This document shows positions 46,257 to 56,024 of a DNA stretch of 64,000 bases, piece after piece. This stretch comes from Candidatus Uhrbacteria bacterium (lineage in GTDB: Bacteria > Patescibacteriota > Patescibacteriia > UBA9934): contig CALRHE010000002.1 in NCBI GenBank assembly GCA_943359345.1, forward strand, positions 705-64,704, in the 5' to 3' direction. Positions within the stretch are counted from its first letter, which is position 1. Every line of letters begins with the position of its first letter. A model generated the notes under the pieces. The model was given only the letters and a program-made list of their open reading frames with translations, was not told the DNA's origin and ran no database searches. A program made the translations under genes and the position numbers.

Positions 46257-46258
46257 AC

Positions 46259-47530
46259 TTAACGATCATTCTTATGGTACAAGCGTACACCCTCTAGCCA
46301 AACTCTCAGGGCTGAAAACGGTGGCAACAAATAATAGAAATAGTAAAGATCAGACAGGCGTCGCAGCACAAAGGCTGAGTAGCCCCAGAATTTGATCCCG
46401 CCTAGAGTACCGGCCGCTACCGTGCCCCCAAGTGCCGAGAAAAACGCCCAACGTTTGGGCAGGTGCGCAACTTTCAAAGGTCGACCTTGAATATAACGCA
46501 CGATGTTCTTAGCTAGGTCATGGGCCTGGTAATGCGCAACTTGCGCGCTCTGAGGATCGGCCCGCTCAGTGTGTGGGTTCACCAGGGCGGCACAGTCGCC
46601 AGCCGCAAACACACCTGGATGACTGGCAACCATGTAAGTATTCTCGAGCACAATCCGACCGCGATCATCTTTCAAAAATGGTAACGAGCCAACAAGTGAA
46701 TTGAATTTAACGCCAGCTGACCACACGCACAAATCTGCTGGAAGTTGTACAACGTCTTGATGCTTACCAGTAGCTGTAAAGGCTTTCACAAAACCTTGAC
46801 TAACCTCTGAAACACGCAGCCCTGGCTTCAGGTCGACACCCAGCCTCTCAAGCCTTTTGATAGCTCGCTTGCGTAGTGACGGGGCCAAGATGGTAAACAA
46901 CTCTGGGCTCGGATCAAGGAGCGAGATTTTAATCGCGCCGGTTTCAAGTTTTTCGCGGCGCTCGAGTATCCGGAGGGTGTTTGCAAGCTCGCTCACAAAT
47001 TCCACACCATTCGGGCCAGCTCCAGCGATCGTGATGTATTTAGGGTTGTGAGCCGTGGCTTTGTCTACCAGACGCACGATGGCCTCGTGAATCTTGGCAG
47101 CGTCTTCGAGGCGTTTCAAGACTAGAGCATGCTCGGGTAAGCCCGGAATACCAAAATAATTTGGCTCAGCTCCAAGCGTAACCACTAAAACGTCGTAAGG
47201 TATCTGGCGTTTGCCATCTAGCAAAATTTGCTTGGCTGTCAGATCAACACTCTCAATCCGGTTTTGGATAAAACGAATATGTCTGAAACCTGGTAAACGA
47301 TCATAACCGAAACAACACATCTCAAGCATCTTAGCCTTACTCATCTGCGTCTCACCGCGCAAGGCACCGGTCGCGGCTTCGTACAACCAAGGTGTGTAGA
47401 CGTGAGCCTTGCCAACATCAATGATGGTAACTTCACACAGTTTGCCAACCACCCCAGACTTAACCAAATGCCGGGCCGTAACCAGCCCGGCAAAACCGCC
47501 GCCCAAAATCACCACTCGCGCTTGCGCCAT
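46259..47530 (-). CDS. ndh: Type II NADH dehydrogenase-like flavoprotein
   Basis: GGGFAG, P.LYE.A.G, GAGPNGVE, WSAG, FAAGD and AQVA..QA motifs. Confidence 0.85.
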   Translation of the reverse strand: MAQARVVILGGGFAGLVTARHLVKSGVVGKLCEVTIIDVGKAHVYTPWLYEAATGALRGETQMSKAKMLEMCCFGYDRLPGFRHIRFIQNRIESVDLTAKQILLDGKRQIPYDVLVVTLGAEPNYFGIPGLPEHALVLKRLEDAAKIHEAIVRLVDKATAHNPKYITIAGAGPNGVEFVSELANTLRILERREKLETGAIKISLLDPSPELFTILAPSLRKRAIKRLERLGVDLKPGLRVSEVSQGFVKAFTATGKHQDVVQLPADLCVWSAGVKFNSLVGSLPFLKDDRGRIVLENTYMVASHPGVFAAGDCAALVNPHTERADPQSAQVAHYQAHDLAKNIVRYIQGRPLKVAHLPKRWAFFSALGGTVAAGTLGGIKFWGYSAFVLRRLSDLYYFYYLLPPFSALRVWLEGVRLYHKNDR

Positions 47531-47532
47531 AA

Positions 47533-47997
47533 TTAGCCGAACAAAAATTTGGTCACTGCATTTGGTCGCCGTAAATTTCTTAGCACCACGCCATCAAGCC
47601 CTAGAGCGTGTCCGGCACCTCCTGATGCGTACATACCAAACACCAACGCAATCGGAATATACAAAACCCAAATATCAGGGCTCAATTCCCCGCTATTAAA
47701 GGTAATGACAAGGCTTCCAAGCATATACGCGAGCATCACTACTGATGCAGGCCGAACTAACAGGCCTACGATCAACGACAAACCAAGAATCAGGGTCATG
47801 ATTTGAGTAAGTGAACTCCAGGCAATCTCGGACGCGGAAAAATTTAGGTCAGGATTCCACCAAGCTATAGCTCCAGATTGAAGAGCCATCAGCATGAATA
47901 CCACACCAATAAAAACTCGCAGTCCAATAAAACTCCAACCAAATAGCTGACCATTAGTTGCCGCTACAAGGTTCTCAAAATTTGTTTGCACCCGCAT
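47533..47997 (-). CDS. DoxX/TQO small-subunit-like membrane protein
   Basis: LRVFIG..F, LGL.LI.GLLVR.AS, GAGH..GLDG; ATG at 47997. Confidence 0.7.
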   Translation of the reverse strand: MRVQTNFENLVAATNGQLFGWSFIGLRVFIGVVFMLMALQSGAIAWWNPDLNFSASEIAWSSLTQIMTLILGLSLIVGLLVRPASVVMLAYMLGSLVITFNSGELSPDIWVLYIPIALVFGMYASGGAGHALGLDGVVLRNLRRPNAVTKFLFG

Positions 47998-47999
47998 AT

Positions 48000-49010
48000 T
48001 TAGGCTTGGTGGGCGGCCATTAAAACTAATTCTGCTAAACGATTGGCATAACCCCACTCATTATCATACCAGGCCACGACCTTTATAAGGTCGCCGTCAA
48101 CCACATTCGTCAGTGCCAGGTCGACTATGGCTGAGCGCGAGTCACCCCGATAATCAGACGACACGAGCGGCTCAGAACTAACTCCCAAAATTCCTTTAAG
48201 GTGAGCTTGTTTACTAGCTTTTTCTAATATTGCGTTAACTTGGTCTTTAGTAACTTTTTGTTTCAACAAAAAAGTCATGTCGGCTAGGGACACAGTTGAA
48301 ATCGGTACACGCACTGACAAACCATCGAAGCGACCCTTGAGCTCAGGAATAGTTTTTGTTACGGCGATAGCGGCGCCCGTTGTTGTCGGCACTATGTTTT
48401 CAGCGGCTGCACGACCTTCGCGTAAATCTTTCTTAGGTCCGTCGACGAGCGATTGAGAGGCTGTGTAACCGTGCACTGTCGTCATGATAGCTTTCTTGAT
48501 GCCAAAAGCTTCTTCAATCACGGCCGTGATCGGAGCCACACAGTTGGTGGTGCATGAAGCGTTGCTAATTATTTGGTGAGTATCAGTTTTTAAATCCTTG
48601 TCGTTGACACCGCGTACGTAGACCGGAATCTCGCCTTTACCAGGAGCTGACAAAACTACTCGGCGTGCACCGGCCGTAATGTGAGCGATAGCCTGGTCCT
48701 CACTCGTAAACAATCCGGTTGACTCGATGACAACGTCAACCGCGTGTTTACGCCAGGGCAACATAGTTGGGTCTTTTTCGGCGTAGACTGGAATCTTTTT
48801 TCCGCCGATTACCAACATGTTCGAACCAGCAGCTTTTACAGGCACGTTCCACATCCCGTAGTTACTGTCATATTGCAGCAAATACGCCAAGGTCTGGGCA
48901 TCCGCCAAATCATTAATGGCTACCACCTCCAAATCAGGGTGTTCAAACCAAGCCGCTTTTAATACTGCTCTACCAATCCTGCCAAAGCCGTTAATTGCTA
49001 CTCTAACCAT
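48000..49010 (-). CDS. gap: Glyceraldehyde-3-phosphate dehydrogenase (type I)
   Basis: INGFGRIGR, SNASCTTNC, WYDNEWGY. Confidence 0.98.
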   Translation of the reverse strand: MVRVAINGFGRIGRAVLKAAWFEHPDLEVVAINDLADAQTLAYLLQYDSNYGMWNVPVKAAGSNMLVIGGKKIPVYAEKDPTMLPWRKHAVDVVIESTGLFTSEDQAIAHITAGARRVVLSAPGKGEIPVYVRGVNDKDLKTDTHQIISNASCTTNCVAPITAVIEEAFGIKKAIMTTVHGYTASQSLVDGPKKDLREGRAAAENIVPTTTGAAIAVTKTIPELKGRFDGLSVRVPISTVSLADMTFLLKQKVTKDQVNAILEKASKQAHLKGILGVSSEPLVSSDYRGDSRSAIVDLALTNVVDGDLIKVVAWYDNEWGYANRLAELVLMAAHQA

Positions 49011-49151
49011 ATTGTCTAGATTATAACATTAAGTCTGGAATATGGGGTCGACTATCACTGCCAGATGGCCATAAATAGGCCAGTTTTCACAGTCCTGCAT
49101 AAAAAATCTAAAAAAAATGGCTAACCTACGCTAAAAAGCCCTATTTTTTAC

Positions 49152-49180
49152 TTGACTTTTAGGCTAGTAAATGCTATCCT
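49152..49180 (+). promoter_or_regulatory. Sigma70 promoter
   Basis: TTGACT-N17-TATCCT with an extended TG. Confidence 0.7.
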
Positions 49181-49278
49181 TCCGGGTTGCCTCTGGGCAT
49201 CCGTTCTCGAAAGCTAAAGCTGGTCGGGAATGCCTTCACAATCAAAGCCCCAGAATAGTCTGGGGTTGGGAGATCGAC

Positions 49279-50673
49279 ATGAACAGCAATCGCCTGCTGC
49301 CGCTCATCGGCATGCTTGCCACCCTCAACCTGTCCGCCTGCGCCATCGAGCGTGGAGCGGAAAAGCCCGCCAACACGCCCTCGCCGGCTCCGGCCTTCGA
49401 GGACACCGTTCCGAGCTTCGGCGAGGCGCCCCCGGCGCCTCCAGCCGACGACACCGAACCCGTCGATCTGGACGGTGACGACGACGGCTTCAACGCCGAC
49501 GTCGACTGCGACGACGCCGACCCGGGCATCAACCCCGGTGCATCCGACGACACCTGCAACGGCGTCGATGAGAACTGCGATGGCGCCGATCTGAACGTCA
49601 GCTTGCGCATGCTCGGCAACGAGTGTGGCAGCGTCGACGCGGACAGCGACAACTACATGGATTTCGGCTTCGACGAAGACGGAGTCCCGTACGTGGTCGA
49701 CTGCGACGACGCCAACCCGCTCGTCAACCCCGGCATGACCGAGGTGACGTACGACGGGCTCGACCAGGACTGCGATGCCACCACCCTGGACGACGATCTC
49801 GACCAGGACAGCTTCCTCCTGATCGATGATTGCAACGACGCCGACCCGGACATCAACCCGGACGCAGTCGAGATCTGCGGCAACGACGTCGATGAGGATT
49901 GCGATGATTCGGCGCCAGCGCTCGGTGCGATCTTCCCGGATGCCGACGGTGACGGGTACGGAGACATGAACTCCGGCGACATCGACACTTTCGTGTGCGA
50001 GGACGCTGTCCCCGAGGGCTTCGTCTTCGGTGATCGCCTGGACTGCGATGACCTCGATCCCGCCATCCACCCGGACGCGCCCGTCATCTACTATGACGCT
50101 GTCGACGACAACTGCGACGGCATCGTGGAAGACGACCAGGACTGCGACGGCTACCTGCTCGCGGTCGACTGCGATGACCTCGATCCCGCCATCCACGAAG
50201 ACTGCGAGGTCGTCGTGGAAGACCCGCCGGAAGAGCCGGTGGTCGAAGATCCGGTTGTGGCCTTCTGCGACGTGGGCTTCAGCATCGTGAGCGGCGTGTT
50301 CATCGCTCCGGCAGGGTCGACCTTCGTGTCGATCTACGGACGCCGCACCGGCTCCGACATGTCATTCAGCGATGACGTGTCGTGGACGGACGAGATCAGC
50401 GATCCCACCGACATGACCGTCGTCTACCTGGGCAACACCGTCGCGTTCCTGCTCGACACCTGCGTCGAAGATGCGGATGCCGAGTGGGTCGTCAACGGCG
50501 TCTACACGGATGCCGACGGCGACAGCCACTGGATCTGCGAAGGCGGGGCTCTCACCACCGTCTTCCAGGAAGCCTGGTACGACCTCGGCGCGGACGACGC
50601 CTTCGACCTGCCCGTCACCGCCGACGTGTGGGACCCCGCCGGCTTCGGCTGCGACGCCACCTGGTCCATGTGA
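49279..50673 (+). CDS. GC-rich acidic lipoprotein with MopE-like (putative metal-binding) repeats
   Basis: SD GGGAG 6 nt before ATG 49279; lipobox LSAC; four full and one partial DC[DN]D.[DN]P..[NH]P...D.[ND]CD repeats. Confidence 0.85.
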   Translation: MNSNRLLPLIGMLATLNLSACAIERGAEKPANTPSPAPAFEDTVPSFGEAPPAPPADDTEPVDLDGDDDGFNADVDCDDADPGINPGASDDTCNGVDENCDGADLNVSLRMLGNECGSVDADSDNYMDFGFDEDGVPYVVDCDDANPLVNPGMTEVTYDGLDQDCDATTLDDDLDQDSFLLIDDCNDADPDINPDAVEICGNDVDEDCDDSAPALGAIFPDADGDGYGDMNSGDIDTFVCEDAVPEGFVFGDRLDCDDLDPAIHPDAPVIYYDAVDDNCDGIVEDDQDCDGYLLAVDCDDLDPAIHEDCEVVVEDPPEEPVVEDPVVAFCDVGFSIVSGVFIAPAGSTFVSIYGRRTGSDMSFSDDVSWTDEISDPTDMTVVYLGNTVAFLLDTCVEDADAEWVVNGVYTDADGDSHWICEGGALTTVFQEAWYDLGADDAFDLPVTADVWDPAGFGCDATWSM

Positions 50674-50679
50674 CCACTC

Positions 50680-50736
50680 AGGCCGCCTACTTGTTCGTGT
50701 GCACTCTGTGCGCACGGGCAGGTATGGCGGCCTTTT
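50680..50736 (+). terminator. Very long terminator hairpin
   Basis: ~25-bp stem AGGCCGCCTACTTGTTCGTGTGCAC-TCT-GTGCGCACGGGCAGGTATGGCGGCCT followed by TTT. Confidence 0.75.
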
Positions 50737-50764
50737 GAATTACCGCACTTTGTCTTCACCGTTT

Positions 50765-50894
50765 ATTTACACAGATAGTTAAAGCCTTAACAGATTTTAC
50801 ACAAGTACAAAATACGAGTCCTGATAGAGACCCGTATTTCGTTGTCCGTATCTGCGTAAAATCTGTAATCGCCTAATCACTATCTGTGTTAATT
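50765..50894. repeat. ACACAGAT/ATCTGTG inverted-repeat element (copy 2)
   Basis: ACACAGATAGT...ACTATCTGTGTTAATT; central AAATACG/CGTATTT hairpin; at the tsf 3' end. Confidence 0.7.
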
Positions 50895-51482
50895 CCCCAA
50901 AGTCAAACGCACAAAACGACCGATGCGAATATTTTCTCCAATAGCAGCAACTTTCTGTTCGAGTAAGTTAGCAATCGTGATGGCGTCATCTTTTACAAAC
51001 TTCTGATCCATGAGCACGATGTCTTCATAAAACTTGTTGAGCTTGCCGTCCAGGATTTTTTCAATGACTTCGGCTGGTTTACCCTCAGCTTTTAGCTGCT
51101 CGACATGAAAAGCTTTCTCTTTCTGAACTACTTCATCGGGAACATCAGCTCGAGAGGTGTATTGCGGGGCGGCGGCTGCGATGTGCAACGCTAGGTCCTG
51201 GCAGAAGTTTATGAAGTCTTGGTTACGAGCTACAAAGTCGGTCTCACACATAATCTCCACCATCACGGCCACCTTGCCGTTTGAATGAGTATAAGTGTGA
51301 ACCCGTCCTTCAGCGGTAGCGCGGTCAGCCTTTTTAGCCATTTTGAGAGCGCCACTCTTACGCAACCATTCAAGCGCTGCCTCCATGTTTCCGTTAGTTT
51401 CAGTGAGAGCCTTCTTGGCATCCATCATGCCGGCACCCGTCATTTCACGTAGCTTGGCAACGTCGCCTGCGGTTATTGTCAT
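50889..51482 (-). CDS. tsf: Elongation factor Ts (short form)
   Basis: LREMTGAGMMDAKKAL, CETDFVAR, GENIRI.RF. Confidence 0.97.
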   Translation of the reverse strand: MTITAGDVAKLREMTGAGMMDAKKALTETNGNMEAALEWLRKSGALKMAKKADRATAEGRVHTYTHSNGKVAVMVEIMCETDFVARNQDFINFCQDLALHIAAAAPQYTSRADVPDEVVQKEKAFHVEQLKAEGKPAEVIEKILDGKLNKFYEDIVLMDQKFVKDDAITIANLLEQKVAAIGENIRIGRFVRLTLGN

Positions 51483-51483
51483 A

Positions 51484-52326
51484 TTATTTCTTGTCAGCGA
51501 GCTTATCGGCCGTCTTCAGACTCGCCATTTCTTCTTTGATTTTATTATCCAGCTCATCAACAACCTCCTTAGCTTCAGCTGAAACACGAACTTCTTCTTC
51601 AAGCTGCTTGCGTACTTGAGCGGCGGCTTGAGCCTCAGAGGCTGCCTTAGTCTTGCCGTCCTGGACGGCGCCAGCCACAAGCTTGGTGATAAGGTCGAGA
51701 GAGTTTACAGCGTCATCGTTGCCAGGAATAACGTACTCGATACCGGTTGGGTTAACGTTACTATCAACCAAAGCAACCATAGGTACCCGCATAGTCTGAG
51801 CCTCACGTACAGCCGTCTTTTCATGACGCGCGTCCAAGATGAACAAGGCATCTGGCACACGAGTCAAAGTCGACAAACCACCAATCTTTTCATCCAGTTC
51901 AGCGATCTCACGATCAAACTGGAGCTGTTCGAGTTTAGTGTACTTCTTAAGTTCGCCTTTTTCACGCTTATCCTTCAAGTCGAGATAGTGACGGATTAAA
52001 CGCTGCAGCTGAACGTAGTTGGTAAGTGTACCACCAAGCCAACGAACGTTCACAAACGGCATACCGCATTCGGTAGCGTACTTAGCTACGATGGTCTGAG
52101 CCTGACGCTTGGTACCCACGAACAAAATGCTACCGCCACGGGACACCGTGTTGGTCACATAGTTCAAAGCTTTTTCGAGCTGCTCAGCTGTCTTTTCGAC
52201 GTTAATGATGTGCACGCCGCCGCGTTCACCAAAGATGAACGGTTTCATTTTGGGGTGCCACTTAGCGGACTGATGTCCAAAGTGCACACCGGCCTTGAGC
52301 ATCTCAAGGGATGAGGGGATCTTCAT
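51484..52326 (-). CDS. rpsB: 30S ribosomal protein S2
   Basis: MLKAGVHFGH, WHPKM, RWLGGTLTN, IPGNDD; ATG at 52326. Confidence 0.97.
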   Translation of the reverse strand: MKIPSSLEMLKAGVHFGHQSAKWHPKMKPFIFGERGGVHIINVEKTAEQLEKALNYVTNTVSRGGSILFVGTKRQAQTIVAKYATECGMPFVNVRWLGGTLTNYVQLQRLIRHYLDLKDKREKGELKKYTKLEQLQFDREIAELDEKIGGLSTLTRVPDALFILDARHEKTAVREAQTMRVPMVALVDSNVNPTGIEYVIPGNDDAVNSLDLITKLVAGAVQDGKTKAASEAQAAAQVRKQLEEEVRVSAEAKEVVDELDNKIKEEMASLKTADKLADKK

Positions 52327-52363
52327 AACTTTCCTTTTAACCTCGATCAAGCCTCGCCTTGGG

Positions 52364-52397
52364 CCCTTCGACTCCCGTTAACCGGGGTCGCTCAGGG
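52364..52397. repeat. REP-like hairpin inside the rpsB leader
   Basis: CCCTTCGACTCCCGTTAACCGGGGTCGCTCAGGG; arms shared with 63491-63556. Confidence 0.75.
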
Positions 52398-52506
52398 AGG
52401 ATCCTTAGCTTTATTTACGGCCGATCTGTGGGATGAAATTCTTTAAAGCGCCTTTTTCAAGGGCGGCAAAAGTGTACTGAAGTTCGCTAAAAAGGTCAAA
52501 TGGCGA

Positions 52507-53514
52507 CTAAATAATAAACATCGCGTCGCCAAACGAGAAAAACCGGTAACCATTTTCCTTGGCCGCTTCATAAGCTGCCAAAATGTGTTCACGACCAGCT
52601 AGGGCCGAAACAAGAACGAGCAAAGTCGACTTGGGTAAATGAAAATTCGTGATCAAACCGTCGATGATCTTAAACTCATAGCCTGGCGTGATGAACATAT
52701 TCACGTCACCTTCATAGGCTACCAGCTTACCGTCATGCGCGCTCGCAACTCCCTCCAGAACTCGCGTAGTGGTAGTCCCAATAGCGATTACACGACGACC
52801 TTCACGCTTGGCATCGTTAATGCGTGTCGCGACGTCAGCTGGCACACTCACCCACTCGCTGTGCATCGTGTGTGCTTCCAGGGTGTCGACCTGGACGGGT
52901 CTAAAAGTTCCAAGACCAACATGGAGTACAACATACTCAACCTGAACGCCCTTAGCTTTAAGCTTCTCAAGGAGCTCGACCGTAAAATGAAAGCCCGCCG
53001 TCGGAGCTGCGACTGAACCGACCTGTTGAGCATAAACATTCTGATACTCCTTTTCGACCTTCGTCCCCTTTACATAAGGCGGCGTCGGGATCTGTCCGTG
53101 CTCAGCGCAAAATTTGTGCATGTTGACCGCCGACATACCGGTGCCGACAATAACCACGCCATCTGCAAACTTGTGCTCGAGCTTAAAAGCGCGGCCGAAC
53201 ATAGCCACTGACGAACCAGACTTAAATTTCTTGCCAGGCTTTAAAAGTACCTCGGCTCTATTGTCGATAATTTTCAAAATGAACATCTCAATTCCCCCAT
53301 CGATCAGACGTGCCTTGAAAACCTTTGAAGTATTAAACACCAAAACGTCACCGGCCTTTAAAAGATCGACAAGTTCATAAAAATGCCGGTGGTCGAGCTC
53401 CCCCGTAGCTCGATCGACGACCATGAGCTTAGAGTGATCCCGGGGCTCGACTGAGCGCTGGGCAATGAAGCGTTCTGGCAAAGCGTAGTTAAATAAACCA
53501 ATATTTGTGCCCAT
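52507..53514 (-). CDS. queA: SAM:tRNA ribosyltransferase-isomerase
   Basis: YALPERFIAQ, PPY, GSVAAPTAG.HF, LHVGLGTF, TNFHLPKSTL, YRFFSFGDAM; ATG at 53514. Confidence 0.96.
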   Translation of the reverse strand: MGTNIGLFNYALPERFIAQRSVEPRDHSKLMVVDRATGELDHRHFYELVDLLKAGDVLVFNTSKVFKARLIDGGIEMFILKIIDNRAEVLLKPGKKFKSGSSVAMFGRAFKLEHKFADGVVIVGTGMSAVNMHKFCAEHGQIPTPPYVKGTKVEKEYQNVYAQQVGSVAAPTAGFHFTVELLEKLKAKGVQVEYVVLHVGLGTFRPVQVDTLEAHTMHSEWVSVPADVATRINDAKREGRRVIAIGTTTTRVLEGVASAHDGKLVAYEGDVNMFITPGYEFKIIDGLITNFHLPKSTLLVLVSALAGREHILAAYEAAKENGYRFFSFGDAMFII

Positions 53515-53546
53515 AACGCCCCTTAGGATACCTGTGGCCAGGGTAT

Positions 53547-53634
53547 TTGACCACTCGACTTCGCTCGTGGTCAATCCTGAGTTTATCCAGGGGTTTATCG
53601 AAGGGTTGACAATAACCCCAGATTTTATTACTCT
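53547..53634 (+). promoter_or_regulatory. REP-like palindromes fused to the rpmE promoter
   Basis: TTGACCACTCGACTTCGCTCGTGGTCAA and TCAATCCTGAG...TCGAAGGGTTGA; TTGACA (53606)-N17-TACTCT. Confidence 0.6.
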
Positions 53635-53652
53635 ACGGGCAACATTTTTGTT

Positions 53653-53967
53653 ATGAAACCCTCTATTCACCCCGATTACTATCCTAACGCCGCGATTGTT
53701 TGTGCTTGCGGTGCAACATACAAGACGGGCTCAAGCCAGGAGCACATCGATATTGAGTTGTGCGCTGCTTGTCACCCATTCTTCACCGGTAAGCAAAAAA
53801 TTGTGGACAGTGCCCGTCGCGTTGAAAAGTTCACTGATCGTGGTACTAAAAAGACCACTGCCGTTAAGACTTCTAAGGACAAGGCTGCTGATCGCGCCGC
53901 CCGGGCCCAAAAGAAATCAGAAAAGAAAGCTGCTAGTGATACGTCTATCAAAACCAGCCGTTCTTAG
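53653..53967 (+). CDS. rpmE: 50S ribosomal protein L31
   Basis: MK..IHPDY, CACG, CAACHPFFTGKQ, RVEKF. Confidence 0.96.
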   Translation: MKPSIHPDYYPNAAIVCACGATYKTGSSQEHIDIELCAACHPFFTGKQKIVDSARRVEKFTDRGTKKTTAVKTSKDKAADRAARAQKKSEKKAASDTSIKTSRS

Positions 53968-54027
53968 CTGCGACGAAAACACTTTGCCTATCTGGGCAGA
54001 GTGTTTTTGTTTATACTAACTCCATCT

Positions 54028-55113
54028 ATGGAATTTGATCATCTAATTGCAGATAAACGCCGAGAGGTCGAACGCTTAGAGCAGGATCTCATGAATCCGG
54101 CCGTGCTTGGTGATCGCAAAAAGTTACGCGAGGTGAATACCGCCTATCAGCTCCTCAAGCAAACTTTGGCCGTGGCTGATGACTACCAAGAAATTGTTGG
54201 TCATCTAGCCAGCGCGAAAGCTACGCTACAGGATCCTGATCCGGAGATGCGAGCCCTAGCCGAAAACGAGGTAGCCGAACTCAGTGCCAAACTCCCTGAA
54301 GCTGAACGAGCACTTGAACTCGCCTTGTTGCCACGCGACCCAGTGGATGAACACGACGCGATTGTCGAAATCAGAGCTGGTACCGGCGGCGATGAAGCCG
54401 CATTGTTTGCTGCCGATCTGTACCGCATGTACACCCGTTATGCCGAGCGTCACGCTTGGAAGACCGCGCTCGTGTCACAAAGCCAGAATGATCTGGGTGG
54501 TTTTAAAGAAATCATCATCGAAATTTCAGGCGTAGGCGTTTACGGCATCATGAAACTTGAAAGTGGTGTGCACCGTGTGCAACGCGTGCCGACAACTGAG
54601 AAAGCCGGCCGAATTCATACTTCAACCGTAACCGTAGCCGTCTTGCCAAAACTTGAGGAAGAAGAATTTGATATCAATCCCAAGGATATTAAAATTGAAG
54701 CCACAACCTCTCAAGGCGCTGGTGGACAAAGCGTTAACACCACTTACTCCAGCTGTCGCGCCGTTCACATTCCGACTGGAATTACGGTGGTGTGTCAGGA
54801 TGAACGTTCATTTAGCCAAAATCGTGACCGGGCTCTGTCAGTTTTGCGCTCACGTGTTTACACCCAAGAACAAGACAAGAAACGTGCAGCACTGGAAGCT
54901 GAGCGTAAAGGCCAGATCGGCACTGGTGAACGATCGGAAAAAATTCGCACTTACAACTTCCCGCAGGATCGGATTACTGATCATCGTTTAAAACAGTCGT
55001 GGCACAACCTGCCAGGAATTTTGGACGGTGCTATCCAAGACATTGTAGACGCTTTACGCTTAGCTTCGCGTAACCAACTTTTGGCCGTGAGCGATGACGA
55101 AGACGAAGACTAA
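54028..55113 (+). CDS. prfA: Peptide chain release factor 1
   Basis: [25 protein letters not shown] (PxT), [15 protein letters not shown]. Confidence 0.97.
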   Translation: MEFDHLIADKRREVERLEQDLMNPAVLGDRKKLREVNTAYQLLKQTLAVADDYQEIVGHLASAKATLQDPDPEMRALAENEVAELSAKLPEAERALELALLPRDPVDEHDAIVEIRAGTGGDEAALFAADLYRMYTRYAERHAWKTALVSQSQNDLGGFKEIIIEISGVGVYGIMKLESGVHRVQRVPTTEKAGRIHTSTVTVAVLPKLEEEEFDINPKDIKIEATTSQGAGGQSVNTTYSSCRAVHIPTGITVVCQDERSFSQNRDRALSVLRSRVYTQEQDKKRAALEAERKGQIGTGERSEKIRTYNFPQDRITDHRLKQSWHNLPGILDGAIQDIVDALRLASRNQLLAVSDDEDED

Positions 55114-55121
55114 GCTTTGGT

Positions 55122-56024
55122 ATGAGTTTGCTGACGATTTTTGAGTCCCTGACTTGGGCAGCTGACAAGCTCAAACAGGCTGAGCCAAGTGTTGTTTTGG
55201 GGGCTCGCAATTCCAAGCTCGACGCTCAAGTTTTGTTGGCCGCCTGCCTTGAAAAATCAACTGCGTATCTATTTGCTCATGGCGACGAGCAACTCGAAAC
55301 TGACGTTAGCGACCGCTTCATGCGTCTGGTCGATCGTCGCGCCCGCCACGAGCCCGTGGCCTACCTGCTCGGTGAGAAAGACTTTTATCGCCGTACCTTT
55401 GAAGTTACACCTGCGACACTTATTCCTAGGCCTGAAACCGAACTCCTAGTCGACCTCGTGCGTCAAGAGGTCGACAACACCAGTCTCATTGTAGATGTAG
55501 GTACAGGCAGCGGAGCGATAGCCGTTACGCTAGCTGCCGAAACCGGTAGCGAAGTTATTGCTATCGATCTATCTCACGAAGCTCTAAAAGTTGCCCATCA
55601 AAACGCCAAATACCACCAGGTCGCGGATAAAATCGCTTTTCTTGAGGGTAATTTGCTCAAACCCTTCTTTGAAAGTTACCACGCTTGGTCACCCCGCTCA
55701 CGTCCGCAAACTCTGCTGATTGCCGCTAACCTCCCTTACCTGACCGGTCGGACGTGGGAGGGATTGGATCCTGATGTCAAAAACTATGAACCCAAAACCG
55801 CCTTGGTGGGCGGTTTGGATGGGCTTGAGTTGTATGACGAACTTTTGCAGCAACTGGCAGCTAGACGCAAGGATCTCCCAACTAAGGTGAAAATCTTTTT
55901 TGAAATCGACCCCTCACAAGCCAGCGCCGCGACCGCCTTAGTGCAGCATTATTTCAGAGGTACTCCCGTTCAATGCGTACAGGACCTGGCCGGGCAGTTT
56001 AGATTTATAACGGCCGGCTTATAA
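55122..56024 (+). CDS. prmC: Release factor glutamine methyltransferase
   Basis: EPVAYL.G, LIPRPETE, DVGTGSG, NLPY, EP..AL.GG.DGL. Confidence 0.95.
   Translation: MSLLTIFESLTWAADKLKQAEPSVVLGARNSKLDAQVLLAACLEKSTAYLFAHGDEQLETDVSDRFMRLVDRRARHEPVAYLLGEKDFYRRTFEVTPATLIPRPETELLVDLVRQEVDNTSLIVDVGTGSGAIAVTLAAETGSEVIAIDLSHEALKVAHQNAKYHQVADKIAFLEGNLLKPFFESYHAWSPRSRPQTLLIAANLPYLTGRTWEGLDPDVKNYEPKTALVGGLDGLELYDELLQQLAARRKDLPTKVKIFFEIDPSQASAATALVQHYFRGTPVQCVQDLAGQFRFITAGL

Noticed and set aside
49174-50196. 340-aa minus-strand ORF and other overlapping ORFs in the GC-rich gene
   Set aside because: Antisense shadows of a high-GC3 gene (Val-rich mirror of Asp codons); the plus strand has the SD, lipobox and repeats
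53515-53670. Extended queA N-terminus overlapping rpmE
   Set aside because: The region is a divergent promoter with palindromes; QueA homology begins at 53514
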